DNA of 64,000 nt from Burkholderiales bacterium. Lineage in GTDB: Bacteria > Pseudomonadota > Gammaproteobacteria > Burkholderiales > SG8-39. The notes under the pieces are model-generated. The model made no database searches. It saw nothing but the letters and a program-made list of their open reading frames with translations, and was not told the DNA's origin. The stretch covers positions 1,488 through 65,487 of the forward strand of contig JBFJOO010000012.1 in the NCBI GenBank assembly GCA_041617635.1, in the 5' to 3' direction. How positions within the stretch are numbered: the stretch's first letter is position 1; each line of letters begins with the position of its first letter. Positions 1 through 8,767 of this stretch are shown one piece after another. Both the position numbers and the translations under genes were made by a program.

Positions 1-86
1 TCGCCGCTCGCGCGCACCGCCATAGTGCGGCGCGCACCGCGCCGGGGCATCGATCCGGTTCCACCGTCTGCTCCCGGACTACTCTA

Positions 87-719
87 ATGGACCTCGACTT
101 CGGCCAGCTCACCGAGCATCAGCGCTACAAGCTGATGGCGAGCCTCATCATCCCGCGGCCCATTGCGCTCGTCACGACGGTCGATGCGCGCGGCGTGGTC
201 AACGCGGCGCCCTTCAGCATGTTTAACATGCTGGGCGAGGAGCCGCCGATCGTGATGATCAGCCTCAACAAGCGCGAGAGCGGCGAGGTCAAGGACACCG
301 CGGCCAACATCCTGGCGAGCGGCGAGTTCGTCGTGCACCTCGTGGACGAATCGATCGCCGACAAGATGCATCGCTGCGGCGAGCACTACCCGCCGGACGT
401 GAGCGAAGTCGAGGTCGTCGGTTTCAGCACCGCCCCGTCGCACGCCGTCAAGCCACCGCGCATTGCCGAGGCGCCAGTATCGCTCGAGTGCACGCTCTTC
501 GAGAAGATCGAGACGCCGAGCCGCCACATCTTCATCGGCCGCGTGCTCTGGATGCACGCCCGCGACGACCTGATCGACCTGGAGCGCTACCGCGTGCGGC
601 TGCAGAACTACTTTCCGATCGCCCGGTTCGGCGCGAGCTTCTACACCCGCACGCGCGACCGGTTCGCGATCAGCAAGGGCCCTCACCCGGAGAACTCCAC
701 CTCGATCGACGAGATCTGA
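87..719 (+). CDS. Flavin reductase-like FMN-binding split-barrel protein
   Basis: 210-aa ORF. The N-terminal PRPIALVTTVDARGVVNAAPFSMFN and later LVDESIA / PRIAEAPVSLEC segments are typical of the NAD(P)H:flavin oxidoreductase (HpaC-like) fold. The antisense 226-aa ORF has Arg/Ala-skewed junk composition. Confidence 0.8.
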   Translation: MDLDFGQLTEHQRYKLMASLIIPRPIALVTTVDARGVVNAAPFSMFNMLGEEPPIVMISLNKRESGEVKDTAANILASGEFVVHLVDESIADKMHRCGEHYPPDVSEVEVVGFSTAPSHAVKPPRIAEAPVSLECTLFEKIETPSRHIFIGRVLWMHARDDLIDLERYRVRLQNYFPIARFGASFYTRTRDRFAISKGPHPENSTSIDEI

Positions 720-750
720 GGGGCGGGGACCCATCGCCTCCGCCGATCGA

Positions 751-1647
751 TTGCCAGACAGCATGCGCGCGCTTCGTTCTCACGGTCGCTACGACTACTC
801 GCCGATCACGCGCCGCCCCGACTTCGCCTGGCCCGACGGCAAGCGCCTCGCGGTCTATCTCGGGCTCAACATCGAGCACTTCGAGTTCGGAACCGGACGC
901 GGCGCGAAGCTCGCGCCTTCGAGCGAGCCCGACGTGCTCAATTACTCCTGGCGCGACTATGGCAATCGCGTCGGCGTGTGGCGCTTGATCGAGCTGTTCG
1001 ACTCGCTCAAGCTCCCGGTCGGCGTGCTGGTCAACACCAGCATCTACGACTACTGCCCGGAAGTGATGGCCGCAATTCGGGGCGGACAGTACGCCTGGGG
1101 CGCCGAGGTGATCGGGCACGGCCACACGAACGCCGAGCACCAGGGCGAGATGAGCGAGGCGGACGAGCGCGCGCTCATCGGCTACTGCACCGAGCGCATC
1201 GCGCGCGAGGAAGGCCGGCCGCCGGCGGGATGGCTTTCGCCGTGGATCGCGGAAAGCCACGCCACGCCCGATCTCCTCCACGAGGCCGGATACAAGTACG
1301 TGCTGAACTGGGCGCACGACGACCAGCCGACGCGATTGCGCACGCGTGGCGGATCCCTGTGGTCGATTCCCTACCCGCAGGAGATCAACGACATCCCCGC
1401 GGTGATGGCGCGCCTCGCCGGCGCCGATGAGTTCGCGAACATGATCATCGACTGCCACGACGAGATGCTCGCGCAGTCGGCGCGCCAATCACTGGTCATG
1501 GGAATCGCGCTGCATCCGTACATCGTCGGCCAGCCCCACCGGCTGCGCCAGCTCCGCCGCGCCCTCGCGCACATCGCGGAGGGTGGGCGGGTGTGGTGGA
1601 CCACACCGGGTGCGATCCACGACCATGTGTCGCGGATCGCCGCTTGA
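751..1647 (+). CDS. Polysaccharide deacetylase family (PuuE/allantoinase-like) hydrolase
   Basis: 298 aa. KRLAVYLGLNIEHFEFG, SWRDYGNRVGVWR and GHGHTN motifs fit a NodB-type deacetylase domain. A paralogue lies at 19610-20482. It starts 32 nt after the flavin reductase. Confidence 0.8.
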   Translation: MPDSMRALRSHGRYDYSPITRRPDFAWPDGKRLAVYLGLNIEHFEFGTGRGAKLAPSSEPDVLNYSWRDYGNRVGVWRLIELFDSLKLPVGVLVNTSIYDYCPEVMAAIRGGQYAWGAEVIGHGHTNAEHQGEMSEADERALIGYCTERIAREEGRPPAGWLSPWIAESHATPDLLHEAGYKYVLNWAHDDQPTRLRTRGGSLWSIPYPQEINDIPAVMARLAGADEFANMIIDCHDEMLAQSARQSLVMGIALHPYIVGQPHRLRQLRRALAHIAEGGRVWWTTPGAIHDHVSRIAA

Positions 1648-1652
1648 GTAGA

Positions 1653-2543
1653 ATGGCGCCCATGCGTCTCCTGATCACCCTACTCACCACAGGGGTCTCC
1701 CTGGTCATCGTCGGCTGCGCCGTCCTGCTCGAGCCGCTCGAGCAGCGGCTGCTGTACCGGCCGTGGTCGCCCGGTTCCGAATACCTCACGTCGATCGCTT
1801 CGCGCGAGAATGGCGTCGAAGAGGTGCACCTCACCACGCCCGACGGCGTGAAGCTGCACGGCTGGCTGAAGCACCCGCCCGGCGCGCAGCGCGACGAGCG
1901 GTTCCCGGTCGTGATCGTATTCGGCGGCGTGCGCCGCGAGACGTCGTGGATGATCAACCAGGGCGACAAGCCACGCGAATGGGGCTGGCTGTTCGTCAAT
2001 TACCGCGGCTACGGCCTGTCGCAGGGCGAGCCCTCCGAACAAGCGATTCTCGCGGACGCCAAGCTCGTCTACGACTACGCGGCGGCGCGGCCGGATGTCG
2101 ACCCGGCATCGATCGTGCTCCTCGGCCGCAGCCTCGGATCGTATGTCGCGGTCAAGGTGGCATCGGAGCGCAAGACGCGCGGCGCGATTCTCGCCACGCC
2201 GTTCGACAGCTTCGCTGCGCTCGGCGCGGAACGCTATCCGTACCTGCCGGTCGGGTTGCTCCTCAACGGCCGCTACGATTCCGCCGCGATCGCCCCGGCG
2301 ATCACCGTGCCGGCGCTCTTCGTGCTGGCCGAGAACGACAACGTGACGCCAGTGGAGAACGGCGCGGCGCTCGCGCGCGTCTGGGGCGGGCCGCAACGCA
2401 CCGTGACGCTCGCCCACGCGCGGCACTACGGCATCGAGCGGCGCGCCGAGTTCTGGCGCGCGGTCGGCGAGTTCCTCCGCGAGCTGAAGCCCGCACCGCT
2501 CGTCCCCCGCGGCGCGGCCTTCAAGGTCGGCTCACGGCCGTAG
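1653..2543 (+). CDS. Alpha/beta hydrolase with N-terminal membrane anchor/signal
   Basis: The ORF track frame starts at 1593; I trimmed to the ATG at 1653 (MAPMRLLITLLTTGVSLVIVGC, a hydrophobic leader). It has the nucleophile-elbow motif LLGRSLGS and the acid/His region typical of BAAT/peptidase-S9-like hydrolases. Confidence 0.75.
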   Translation: MAPMRLLITLLTTGVSLVIVGCAVLLEPLEQRLLYRPWSPGSEYLTSIASRENGVEEVHLTTPDGVKLHGWLKHPPGAQRDERFPVVIVFGGVRRETSWMINQGDKPREWGWLFVNYRGYGLSQGEPSEQAILADAKLVYDYAAARPDVDPASIVLLGRSLGSYVAVKVASERKTRGAILATPFDSFAALGAERYPYLPVGLLLNGRYDSAAIAPAITVPALFVLAENDNVTPVENGAALARVWGGPQRTVTLAHARHYGIERRAEFWRAVGEFLRELKPAPLVPRGAAFKVGSRP

Positions 2544-2548
2544 CGCGG

Positions 2549-4255
2549 CTACTTCCGCGGCGGAATGACCGGCACGAGCAGGTAGGCTTCGCGCTCCGGG
2601 CCTGTATGCAAGGTCGTCTCGCCGCCGAAGATGTCGGCCGGACGATCGTGCGGATCGTCGTGGAGCCATGGCCCCGAGCCGCGCGACCGGAAAGCCGGGT
2701 TCGCGTCGCCGCCGGGACGCTCGAAATCCTTGCCCGAGATGTTGACCGCGATCCGGTAGCCTGCCGGCAGCACGATATTCATCGGCCAGATCTCGACGTC
2801 GACTCCGTAGACCTGGCCGGGACGCAGCGGCCACTTGTCGTCGTGCGCGTGGTACGGCCGATAGGGCAGCGACTTCGCTTGATCGAGCTTGCGGTGCGAG
2901 GCGCGCAGCCATCCCTGGGCGAGCGGCGTTTTCGGGTCGACGGTGCCCTGGAAAGTGACTTCCCGACCGTCGGGCGCGAACGCCATGACGGTGACGAAAA
3001 GGTCCGCGTCGCTGGTCGACGACGAGACGTAGAGCTTGAGCGCCATCGGCCCGGTGAGCTCGGTCTCCCGCTCGAGCGGCGGCGACATCCAGCGGATGCC
3101 GTCGCCCAGTGCCGCGAAGGTCGCCTGGCCTGCGGCGGCCGGCGCGCGCCAGTCGAGCGCACCGCTCCGAGCATCGAGAAAGAGCCTGGTCCACTGCGTG
3201 CCCTCCAGCGGCCACGCGTTCTCCTTGCGCAGCTCGAACTCGTTCTTGAACGGCCGGCGCAGATTGAGCCACACGCGCGGCTCCTTGTCCCAGCCGTTGT
3301 CGGCGCCTTTCAGGAAGTGGTCGAAGAACTTCTTCTGCAGGTCCATGCCGTACTTGAGATAGAACCACTCCTCGTGGCGGCCGGGATGGCCGTCGAGCCA
3401 CTTCTGCTGCGCGGCCGCCTGGGTGAACGCCTCGAAGTTGCCGCGCGGGTGCAGGCCGAAACCCGCCCAGCTCGCGGCGCTGACGAAAGGCGTGATCACC
3501 CTGGACCAGTCGGGCGAGCGGTCCCGGTACCAGGCGTCGTCCATTTCGCGCGCGCGGGCGTTCGCAAGCGTGTCGCAGTGGTTGGCGACGAGGGTCTCCT
3601 CGGAGAGCTCCGCCGGCCCGGTCGAGGGCTCGTTCAGCCAGTGGTCGCGCGGCGCCTTCGGGTTGCCGTGCTGCACGGCGAGCACCTGACGGGGGAACCA
3701 CGCCTCCATGAACTTGTTGGAGAGAATTCCGCCATGCCGGTACCACTCGCGATACATGTCGGCCGCGCCTTCCCACGCGACCATGGCGCTGAGGTGCGGC
3801 GGCTGCAGCGTGGCGACGTGCCACTGGTTGATGGCGTAGTAGGAAATGCCGTTCAGCCCCACCTTGCCGTTCGACCACGGCCGCGTCCCGGCCCACTCGA
3901 TCGCGTGATAGAAATCCTGCGTCTCGCGCGGGGAGAAGATGTCGAGATAACCCGGCGAGCGGCCCGCGCCGCGCGAATCGACGCGCACCACGGCGTAGCC
4001 CCACGGCACCCAGATTTCCGGATCGACCGTCTCCCAGGTGAGGAAGCTCCGCGTCGAGCCCGGGAGCATGTCGGGATGCTCGGCGGCGATCCAATCCCAC
4101 ATGAGCTTGTAATGCTCCTGCCACTTGACGCCCTTGCCGTAGGGCCCGTGGGTCATGATGACCGGAACCGGCGCTGTGGTGTCGGGGCGGTAAACGTCGG
4201 CACGCAGTACCAGTCCATCGTCCATCGCGATGGGCAGATCCCTTTCGATCAGCAT
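2549..4255 (-). CDS. CocE/NonD family hydrolase (X-Pro dipeptidyl-peptidase S15-like)
   Basis: Trimmed to the internal start MLIERDLPIAMDDGLVLRADVYRP. YAVVRVDSRGAGRSPG and GLNGISYYA (nucleophile elbow) plus a long C-terminal beta-sandwich are characteristic of CocE/NonD. Confidence 0.85.
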   Translation of the reverse strand: MLIERDLPIAMDDGLVLRADVYRPDTTAPVPVIMTHGPYGKGVKWQEHYKLMWDWIAAEHPDMLPGSTRSFLTWETVDPEIWVPWGYAVVRVDSRGAGRSPGYLDIFSPRETQDFYHAIEWAGTRPWSNGKVGLNGISYYAINQWHVATLQPPHLSAMVAWEGAADMYREWYRHGGILSNKFMEAWFPRQVLAVQHGNPKAPRDHWLNEPSTGPAELSEETLVANHCDTLANARAREMDDAWYRDRSPDWSRVITPFVSAASWAGFGLHPRGNFEAFTQAAAQQKWLDGHPGRHEEWFYLKYGMDLQKKFFDHFLKGADNGWDKEPRVWLNLRRPFKNEFELRKENAWPLEGTQWTRLFLDARSGALDWRAPAAAGQATFAALGDGIRWMSPPLERETELTGPMALKLYVSSSTSDADLFVTVMAFAPDGREVTFQGTVDPKTPLAQGWLRASHRKLDQAKSLPYRPYHAHDDKWPLRPGQVYGVDVEIWPMNIVLPAGYRIAVNISGKDFERPGGDANPAFRSRGSGPWLHDDPHDRPADIFGGETTLHTGPEREAYLLVPVIPPRK

Positions 4256-4434
4256 GGCATCTCCTCCGATTGGTTCGTCTTGCGGCGTTCGGCGCGAACG
4301 CGTCGAATCGATTCTGCGACCGGCCGCCGCGGATGTCGAGCCACCGCCGCGAGTCGGGGTTGCGTGACGGGAACATCGTGCGCGAGAATCGCCGTTCCAG
4401 TCCACGGCGGCGCCCGGTTCGCAGCCGCTGACCA

Positions 4435-4704
4435 ATGCCAAAAGTGGTTTTCACCGCGCAACTCCAGCGGCACGTGGCGTCTCCGACATGCGAAGTGAGC
4501 GGCGCGACGGTGCGTGCCGCGCTCGACGCCGTGTTCAGCGAACACAGCGCGCTGCGCGGTTACGTGCTGGACGATCAAGGCCACCTGCGCCAGCACGTGG
4601 CGATCTTCGTCGACGGCGCGCGCGTGCATGACCGGGAGCATTTGACCGATGCCGTGCGCCCGGAAAGTGAAATCTACGTGCTGCAAGCGCTGACCGGCGG
4701 CTAG
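4435..4704 (+). CDS. MoaD/ThiS-family ubiquitin-like small protein (C-terminal Gly-Gly)
   Basis: 89 aa ending ...YVLQALTGG immediately before the stop. The size and the VAIFVDG..EIYVLQ beta-grasp pattern are typical of the sulfur-carrier / Ubl family. Confidence 0.7.
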   Translation: MPKVVFTAQLQRHVASPTCEVSGATVRAALDAVFSEHSALRGYVLDDQGHLRQHVAIFVDGARVHDREHLTDAVRPESEIYVLQALTGG

Positions 4705-4723
4705 GGAGATTAGGAGACTACCC

Positions 4724-5812
4724 ATGAGCGATCGCGTGCGCGTTGCCACTCGCAAGGGATTGTTCACCGTCACCCGGCGAAGTGGCCGCTGGGAGATCGG
4801 CGCACCCGCGTTCCTGGGCGACCCGGTGACCAATGTGCTGGACGACGCGCGCGACGGGTCACTGTACGCGACGCTCAATCTCGGGCATTTCGGCGTGAAG
4901 CTCAAGCGCTCGCGCGACGACGGAGAAACGTGGGACGAGCTCGAGGCGCCGGCCTACCCGCCACAGCCCGAGCGTGCGCAGGGCGCGCCGTGGAAGCTCG
5001 TGCTGGTCTGGTCGCTCGAGACCGGCGGCAAGGACGAACCGGGCGTGCTGTGGGCAGGCACGATTCCCGGTGGACTGTTCCGCTCACGGAATCACGGCCA
5101 GACATGGCACCTGATACGGTCGCTGTGGGACCACCCACAGCGGCTCGAATGGGTCGGGGGCGGCTACGACCACCCGGGTATCCACTCGATCCTTGTCGAT
5201 CCGCGCAATTCGGCGCGCGTGACCCTGGGCATTTCGTGCGGCGGAGTGTGGGTGACCGAAGACGCGGGTGAGACCTGGCGCGTCTCCGCTTCGGGGATGC
5301 GCTTCCCCTTCATGCCGCCCGAGCAGCAAGGCAACCCGAACATCCAGGATCCGCATCGCATCGTCGCGTGTCCCGCGCGACCGGATACGCTGTGGGCCCA
5401 GCATCACTGTGCCATCTACCGCTCGGTCGACGCAGCGGCGACATGGACGGAGATCACCGACGTCGCGCCGTCGTCGTTCGGCTTCGCCGTCGCCGTGCAT
5501 CCGCGCGACCCCGACGTCGCATGGTTCGTCCCGGCGATCAAGGACGAGCGGCGCGTGCCGGTCGATGCGCGCTTGGTGGTGACGCGTACGCGCGACGGGG
5601 GGAAGCACTTCGACGTGCTCCACGCGGGACTGCCGACCGATCCGTCCTACGATCTTGTCTACCGCCACGGCCTTGCCGTCGATTCGACCGGCGCGCGGCT
5701 CGCGATGGGCTCGACGACGGGTGGGCTGTGGATCTCGGAGGACGCAGGCGATTCCTGGCAGTGCGTCTCGCTCAACCTGCCGCCGATTAGCGCGGTACGG
5801 TTCGCCGAGTGA
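4724..5812 (+). CDS. BNR/Asp-box repeat beta-propeller protein (sialidase/glycosyl-hydrolase-like)
   Basis: 362 aa with repeated S-x-D-x-G-x-T-W Asp-box motifs (SRDDGETWDEL, SRNHGQTWHL, TEDAGETWRV, SVDAAATWTEI, TRDGGKHF, SEDAGDSWQ). An AGGAG Shine-Dalgarno sits upstream and the gene starts 19 nt after the MoaD-like gene. Confidence 0.7.
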   Translation: MSDRVRVATRKGLFTVTRRSGRWEIGAPAFLGDPVTNVLDDARDGSLYATLNLGHFGVKLKRSRDDGETWDELEAPAYPPQPERAQGAPWKLVLVWSLETGGKDEPGVLWAGTIPGGLFRSRNHGQTWHLIRSLWDHPQRLEWVGGGYDHPGIHSILVDPRNSARVTLGISCGGVWVTEDAGETWRVSASGMRFPFMPPEQQGNPNIQDPHRIVACPARPDTLWAQHHCAIYRSVDAAATWTEITDVAPSSFGFAVAVHPRDPDVAWFVPAIKDERRVPVDARLVVTRTRDGGKHFDVLHAGLPTDPSYDLVYRHGLAVDSTGARLAMGSTTGGLWISEDAGDSWQCVSLNLPPISAVRFAE

Positions 5813-5838
5813 TTGTCGCACCGCGCCCGATTCGATCG

Positions 5839-6954
5839 CTACTGCCGCACCAGGTATGCGACGAACTGGCCGCAGACCGAGTCCACGCACGTCGAAGTCA
5901 TCCGGCTTCCATCCGGTGACACCGTCCCCGTGCAGCGCCCTTCCGAAGGCATCGTCGACTGATACGTGAACTCGACGCGCGTGCCTCGGATCGAGCCGGC
6001 GCCGGAGGACCGGAAGCTCCCCCGGCACGCGATCCCCGAAGCGGTGTACTGAAACGTGTCCCCGCTTTGGATGAACTCAGACGTGTGTCCCCAGGTCGTA
6101 TCGCGCCACGCGCCGCGAATGACGATCGGTGGGGGCGCCGCGGTCTGGGGGCGCGGTGTCGGCGCGGCCCGGGCGCGCGCCGCTGCGGCTTCCTCCGCGC
6201 GCCGCTCCTCCTCGGCCTGACGCTGCGCGGCCTCCCTGCGCGCGGCCGCGGCTTCCTCCGCGCGCCGGTCCTCTTCGGCCTGACGCTGCGCGGCCTCCCT
6301 GCGCACGGCTTCCGCGGCGCTCTCCTCGGCTTGACGACGGGCTTCCTGCTCCGCGGCAATCCGTCGGTCCGTTGCGTCGTAGACGACATACGCGGCCGCG
6401 AGCAGGACCACCGCGCCAACAACCAACGCTGCGACAACGGCCTTCGACTGGCGCCACGCGCCCGGACGCCGCTCGATCGCGGAGCTGGTGGGCACACGCT
6501 CCGATCGCGGCCGTGGTGCGGGCGCGGACGCCGCGGCAGCGGCGCCGGCCTCCCCGCCTTCCCCGCGGCTCACCAGCGCCCGGATGGATCGCAAGAGCTC
6601 GGCGAACTGCGGGTCGGACGGGGTCCCCCGCCACGCCGACAGATCCGCCGCCTGCAATCTCCGGAATTCGAGCGGGATCTTCACGGGCTCGATGAGCACC
6701 GGCACGAGAATCCTGCGGCGCATGGCTTCCGCCGCCTCGCTCCGCACCCAGCTCGATGCGACGGACGCCCCTGACCACAGGACGACGGCGCATGACGCCG
6801 CGTCGAGCGCCTCCTCGATGACCTCGTCGAAGACGCGGCCCGGCGGGATCGCCCGGTCCCACCAGACGGACCAGCCCTCGGCGGCGATGGCTTCGGCCAG
6901 GGCTTTCGCGCGGTCTCGATCAGCGCTGGCGTAGCTGAGGAAAACGTCTGCCAT
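5839..6954 (-). CDS. TIR domain-containing single-pass membrane protein (TIR - TM - coiled coil - Cys-containing C-terminal domain)
   Basis: 371 aa. Residues 3-128 carry DVFLSYASADRD...GWSVWWD...AVVLWSGASVASSWVRSEAAEA...ILVPVLIE (TIR_2-like). A hydrophobic helix spans about aa 171-192 (AVVAALVVGAVVLLAAAYVVY). An Ala/Glu/Arg/Gln repeat covers aa 196-262, and a C-terminal domain of about 95 aa has four Cys. Confidence 0.8.
   Translation of the reverse strand: MADVFLSYASADRDRAKALAEAIAAEGWSVWWDRAIPPGRVFDEVIEEALDAASCAVVLWSGASVASSWVRSEAAEAMRRRILVPVLIEPVKIPLEFRRLQAADLSAWRGTPSDPQFAELLRSIRALVSRGEGGEAGAAAAASAPAPRPRSERVPTSSAIERRPGAWRQSKAVVAALVVGAVVLLAAAYVVYDATDRRIAAEQEARRQAEESAAEAVRREAAQRQAEEDRRAEEAAAARREAAQRQAEEERRAEEAAAARARAAPTPRPQTAAPPPIVIRGAWRDTTWGHTSEFIQSGDTFQYTASGIACRGSFRSSGAGSIRGTRVEFTYQSTMPSEGRCTGTVSPDGSRMTSTCVDSVCGQFVAYLVRQ
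6185..6310. repeat. In-frame 63-bp tandem repeat (2 copies, about 94 percent identical) inside the TIR gene
   Basis: Copies at 6185-6247 and 6248-6310 align with 4 mismatches. They encode the duplicated 21-aa unit AAARREAAQRQAEE(D/E)RRAEEA, and a degenerate third copy follows. Confidence 0.7.
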
Positions 6955-6984
6955 GCGCGGGAGGGACGTCGGGAGCGCTCGCGC

Positions 6985-7740
6985 TCAAGCACCCAGGTTG
7001 AGCACGATGCCGGAGAGGTGCGCCGCGCGCTCGGAGGCGAGAAAGGCGACCGTATCGCCGACCTGTTCCGGCTCGATGATCTTGCCGAAGCTGCCGTCCT
7101 TCACGACGTCGTCGACGCGCGACTCGTCGCCATACTTCTGCTTCGCCACGGTGCGCATCAGCGCGACGATGCGGTCGGTGCGCGTCGCGGGCGGATGCAC
7201 CGCGACGACGCGCACGCCGAACTGGGTCGACTTCTGCCCGACCCCCTTCGTGAACGCCGCGAGCCCCGCGTTGGCCGTCGCGCCGCAGACGTATTCGAAG
7301 GAAGGCTTCTCGCCGGCCATGCCGATCACGTTCACGATCACGCCGTGGCCGCGGCTCTTCATGTGGCCGAGCATCGCGCGGGTCATGTTGACGTAGCCGA
7401 AGACCTTGAGGTCCCATGCGTGACGCCACCCGGCCTCGTCGATGTCGAGCAGCGAGCCGCCGGGGATGTCGCCCGCGTTGTTCACCAGGATGTCGGCGGC
7501 ACTGCACGCGGCCGCAACCTTCTGCACGGCCGCGCTGTCACGCAGGTCGGCCGGATGCAGCCCGACTTCGACCGGGTGCTTCTCGCGCACCTGCTTGCGC
7601 GCGGCCTCGAGCCGCCCGGTGTCGCGCCCGACGAGATGCAGGTTGCATCCCTCGGCCGCGAAGCTCATGGCGCAGGCGAGCCCGATGCCTTTCGAGCCGC
7701 CGGTGACGAGTACCGTCTTCCCTTTCAGTCCGAGATCCAT
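6985..7740 (-). CDS. Short-chain dehydrogenase/reductase (SDR)
   Basis: Trimmed to MDLGLKGKTVLVTGGSKGIGLA (TGxxxGxG Rossmann motif). An NNAG motif is present, and an active-site Y-x3-K region is expected for the family but I did not locate it explicitly. The gene ends 30 nt upstream of the TIR gene start. Confidence 0.85.
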   Translation of the reverse strand: MDLGLKGKTVLVTGGSKGIGLACAMSFAAEGCNLHLVGRDTGRLEAARKQVREKHPVEVGLHPADLRDSAAVQKVAAACSAADILVNNAGDIPGGSLLDIDEAGWRHAWDLKVFGYVNMTRAMLGHMKSRGHGVIVNVIGMAGEKPSFEYVCGATANAGLAAFTKGVGQKSTQFGVRVVAVHPPATRTDRIVALMRTVAKQKYGDESRVDDVVKDGSFGKIIEPEQVGDTVAFLASERAAHLSGIVLNLGA

Positions 7741-7753
7741 GTGGTGCTCCTTG

Positions 7754-8635
7754 TCATTTCTTGTCGAATCCAAGAATGCCGCCTGCGACCGAGCGCGGAT
7801 CGCGCCGCTCCCAGCGCCCCGCATCCACCGCCGCGAGAAAGTCCGCGACCGCTGCATTGAAGGCATCCGGCTCCTCGACGTTGATCGCGTGCCCGGCGCG
7901 CGGAATCACGACGAGCCCGGCGCGCGCGATGTTGCGCTTGAGGAGAATTGCGGCCTCCAGGCACGGATCGTCCTCGTCACCGGTCATCACGAGCGTGGGC
8001 ACGTCGAGCTTCTGCATCGCCTCGACGAGCTGGTAGAGCAGCGGCCGGCGCATCTGCACGCCGCGCAGTGTGCGCACGACGCCCTCGAGCGGCCGGTTCG
8101 CAAACGCCTCCGCGGCCGCCCGCCAGCCGCGCGGATCCTTGTTCTGGAAGCGTATCCGGGTCGGGCCCTCTGCGTACTTCATCGCCGCGGCAGCGCCGGC
8201 GGTCTCAAAGCGTTGCGCCGCCGCTTCGCACTCGGCCCGGAAAGATTCCTCCGCGCCGGGCTGCGCGCCGTAGCCGCAGCCCGCGACGACGAGTGAGCGC
8301 GCGCGGTCGGGATACGCCAAGCCCACGTGCAGTGTGGCGAAGCCGCCCATCGACAATCCGACCACGTGCGCCCGGTCGACCTTCAGATGATCGAGCACCG
8401 CGATCACGTCGTCGCGGGCACGCTCCTGCGAATAGCTCGCGGCGTCGGGCACATCCGAGGGCACGTAGCCCCGGGCGTTGTACGCCACGCAACGGTAGCG
8501 GCGCGCGAAGAAGCGCATCTGCGGCTCCCAGCTCTGGTGATCGCCGGCAAGCTCGTGCACGAAGATGACGGCGGTGCCGCTGCCGGCCTCCTCGTAATAG
8601 AGCCGGACGCCGTCGCTCGCAGTCGCGTGGGGCAT
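7754..8635 (-). CDS. Alpha/beta hydrolase
   Basis: Only the last 293 codons of the 704-aa ORF are credible. The start is MPHATASDGVRLYYEEAGSGTAVIFVHE, with nucleophile elbow VVGLSMGG and a C-terminal IPRAGHAINVEEP His motif. Confidence 0.8.
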   Translation of the reverse strand: MPHATASDGVRLYYEEAGSGTAVIFVHELAGDHQSWEPQMRFFARRYRCVAYNARGYVPSDVPDAASYSQERARDDVIAVLDHLKVDRAHVVGLSMGGFATLHVGLAYPDRARSLVVAGCGYGAQPGAEESFRAECEAAAQRFETAGAAAAMKYAEGPTRIRFQNKDPRGWRAAAEAFANRPLEGVVRTLRGVQMRRPLLYQLVEAMQKLDVPTLVMTGDEDDPCLEAAILLKRNIARAGLVVIPRAGHAINVEEPDAFNAAVADFLAAVDAGRWERRDPRSVAGGILGFDKK

Positions 8636-8767
8636 GGTGCCCTCCAGGTAACAAAGTAGGAAGCGTACCGCGAAGCGGGCAGCGCCGGGTTTCGGTTGCC
8701 GCTCCACGCAATGCGGCGCTAGACTGCCTCGATCCGATTTTCCAGAAACTCCCGGAGGAGGTGCGAT

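Noticed and set aside
1763-4498. A 911-aa plus-strand ORF spanning the CocE/NonD gene region. Similar giant ORFs occur at 24307-27096 (minus, 929 aa), 12003-13775 (plus), 8768-region antisense frames and 57185-58363 (minus).
   Set aside because: Their translations are dominated by Arg/Ala/Gly/Pro runs with no family motifs. They lie antisense to ORFs with clear catalytic motifs. This is the expected long-ORF artefact of high-GC DNA.
6121-6400. A GC-rich periodic repeat that superficially resembles a short repeat array.
   Set aside because: It has a period of 63 nt with no spacers and lies entirely in-frame inside the TIR gene. It encodes a duplicated coiled-coil unit and is not CRISPR-like.
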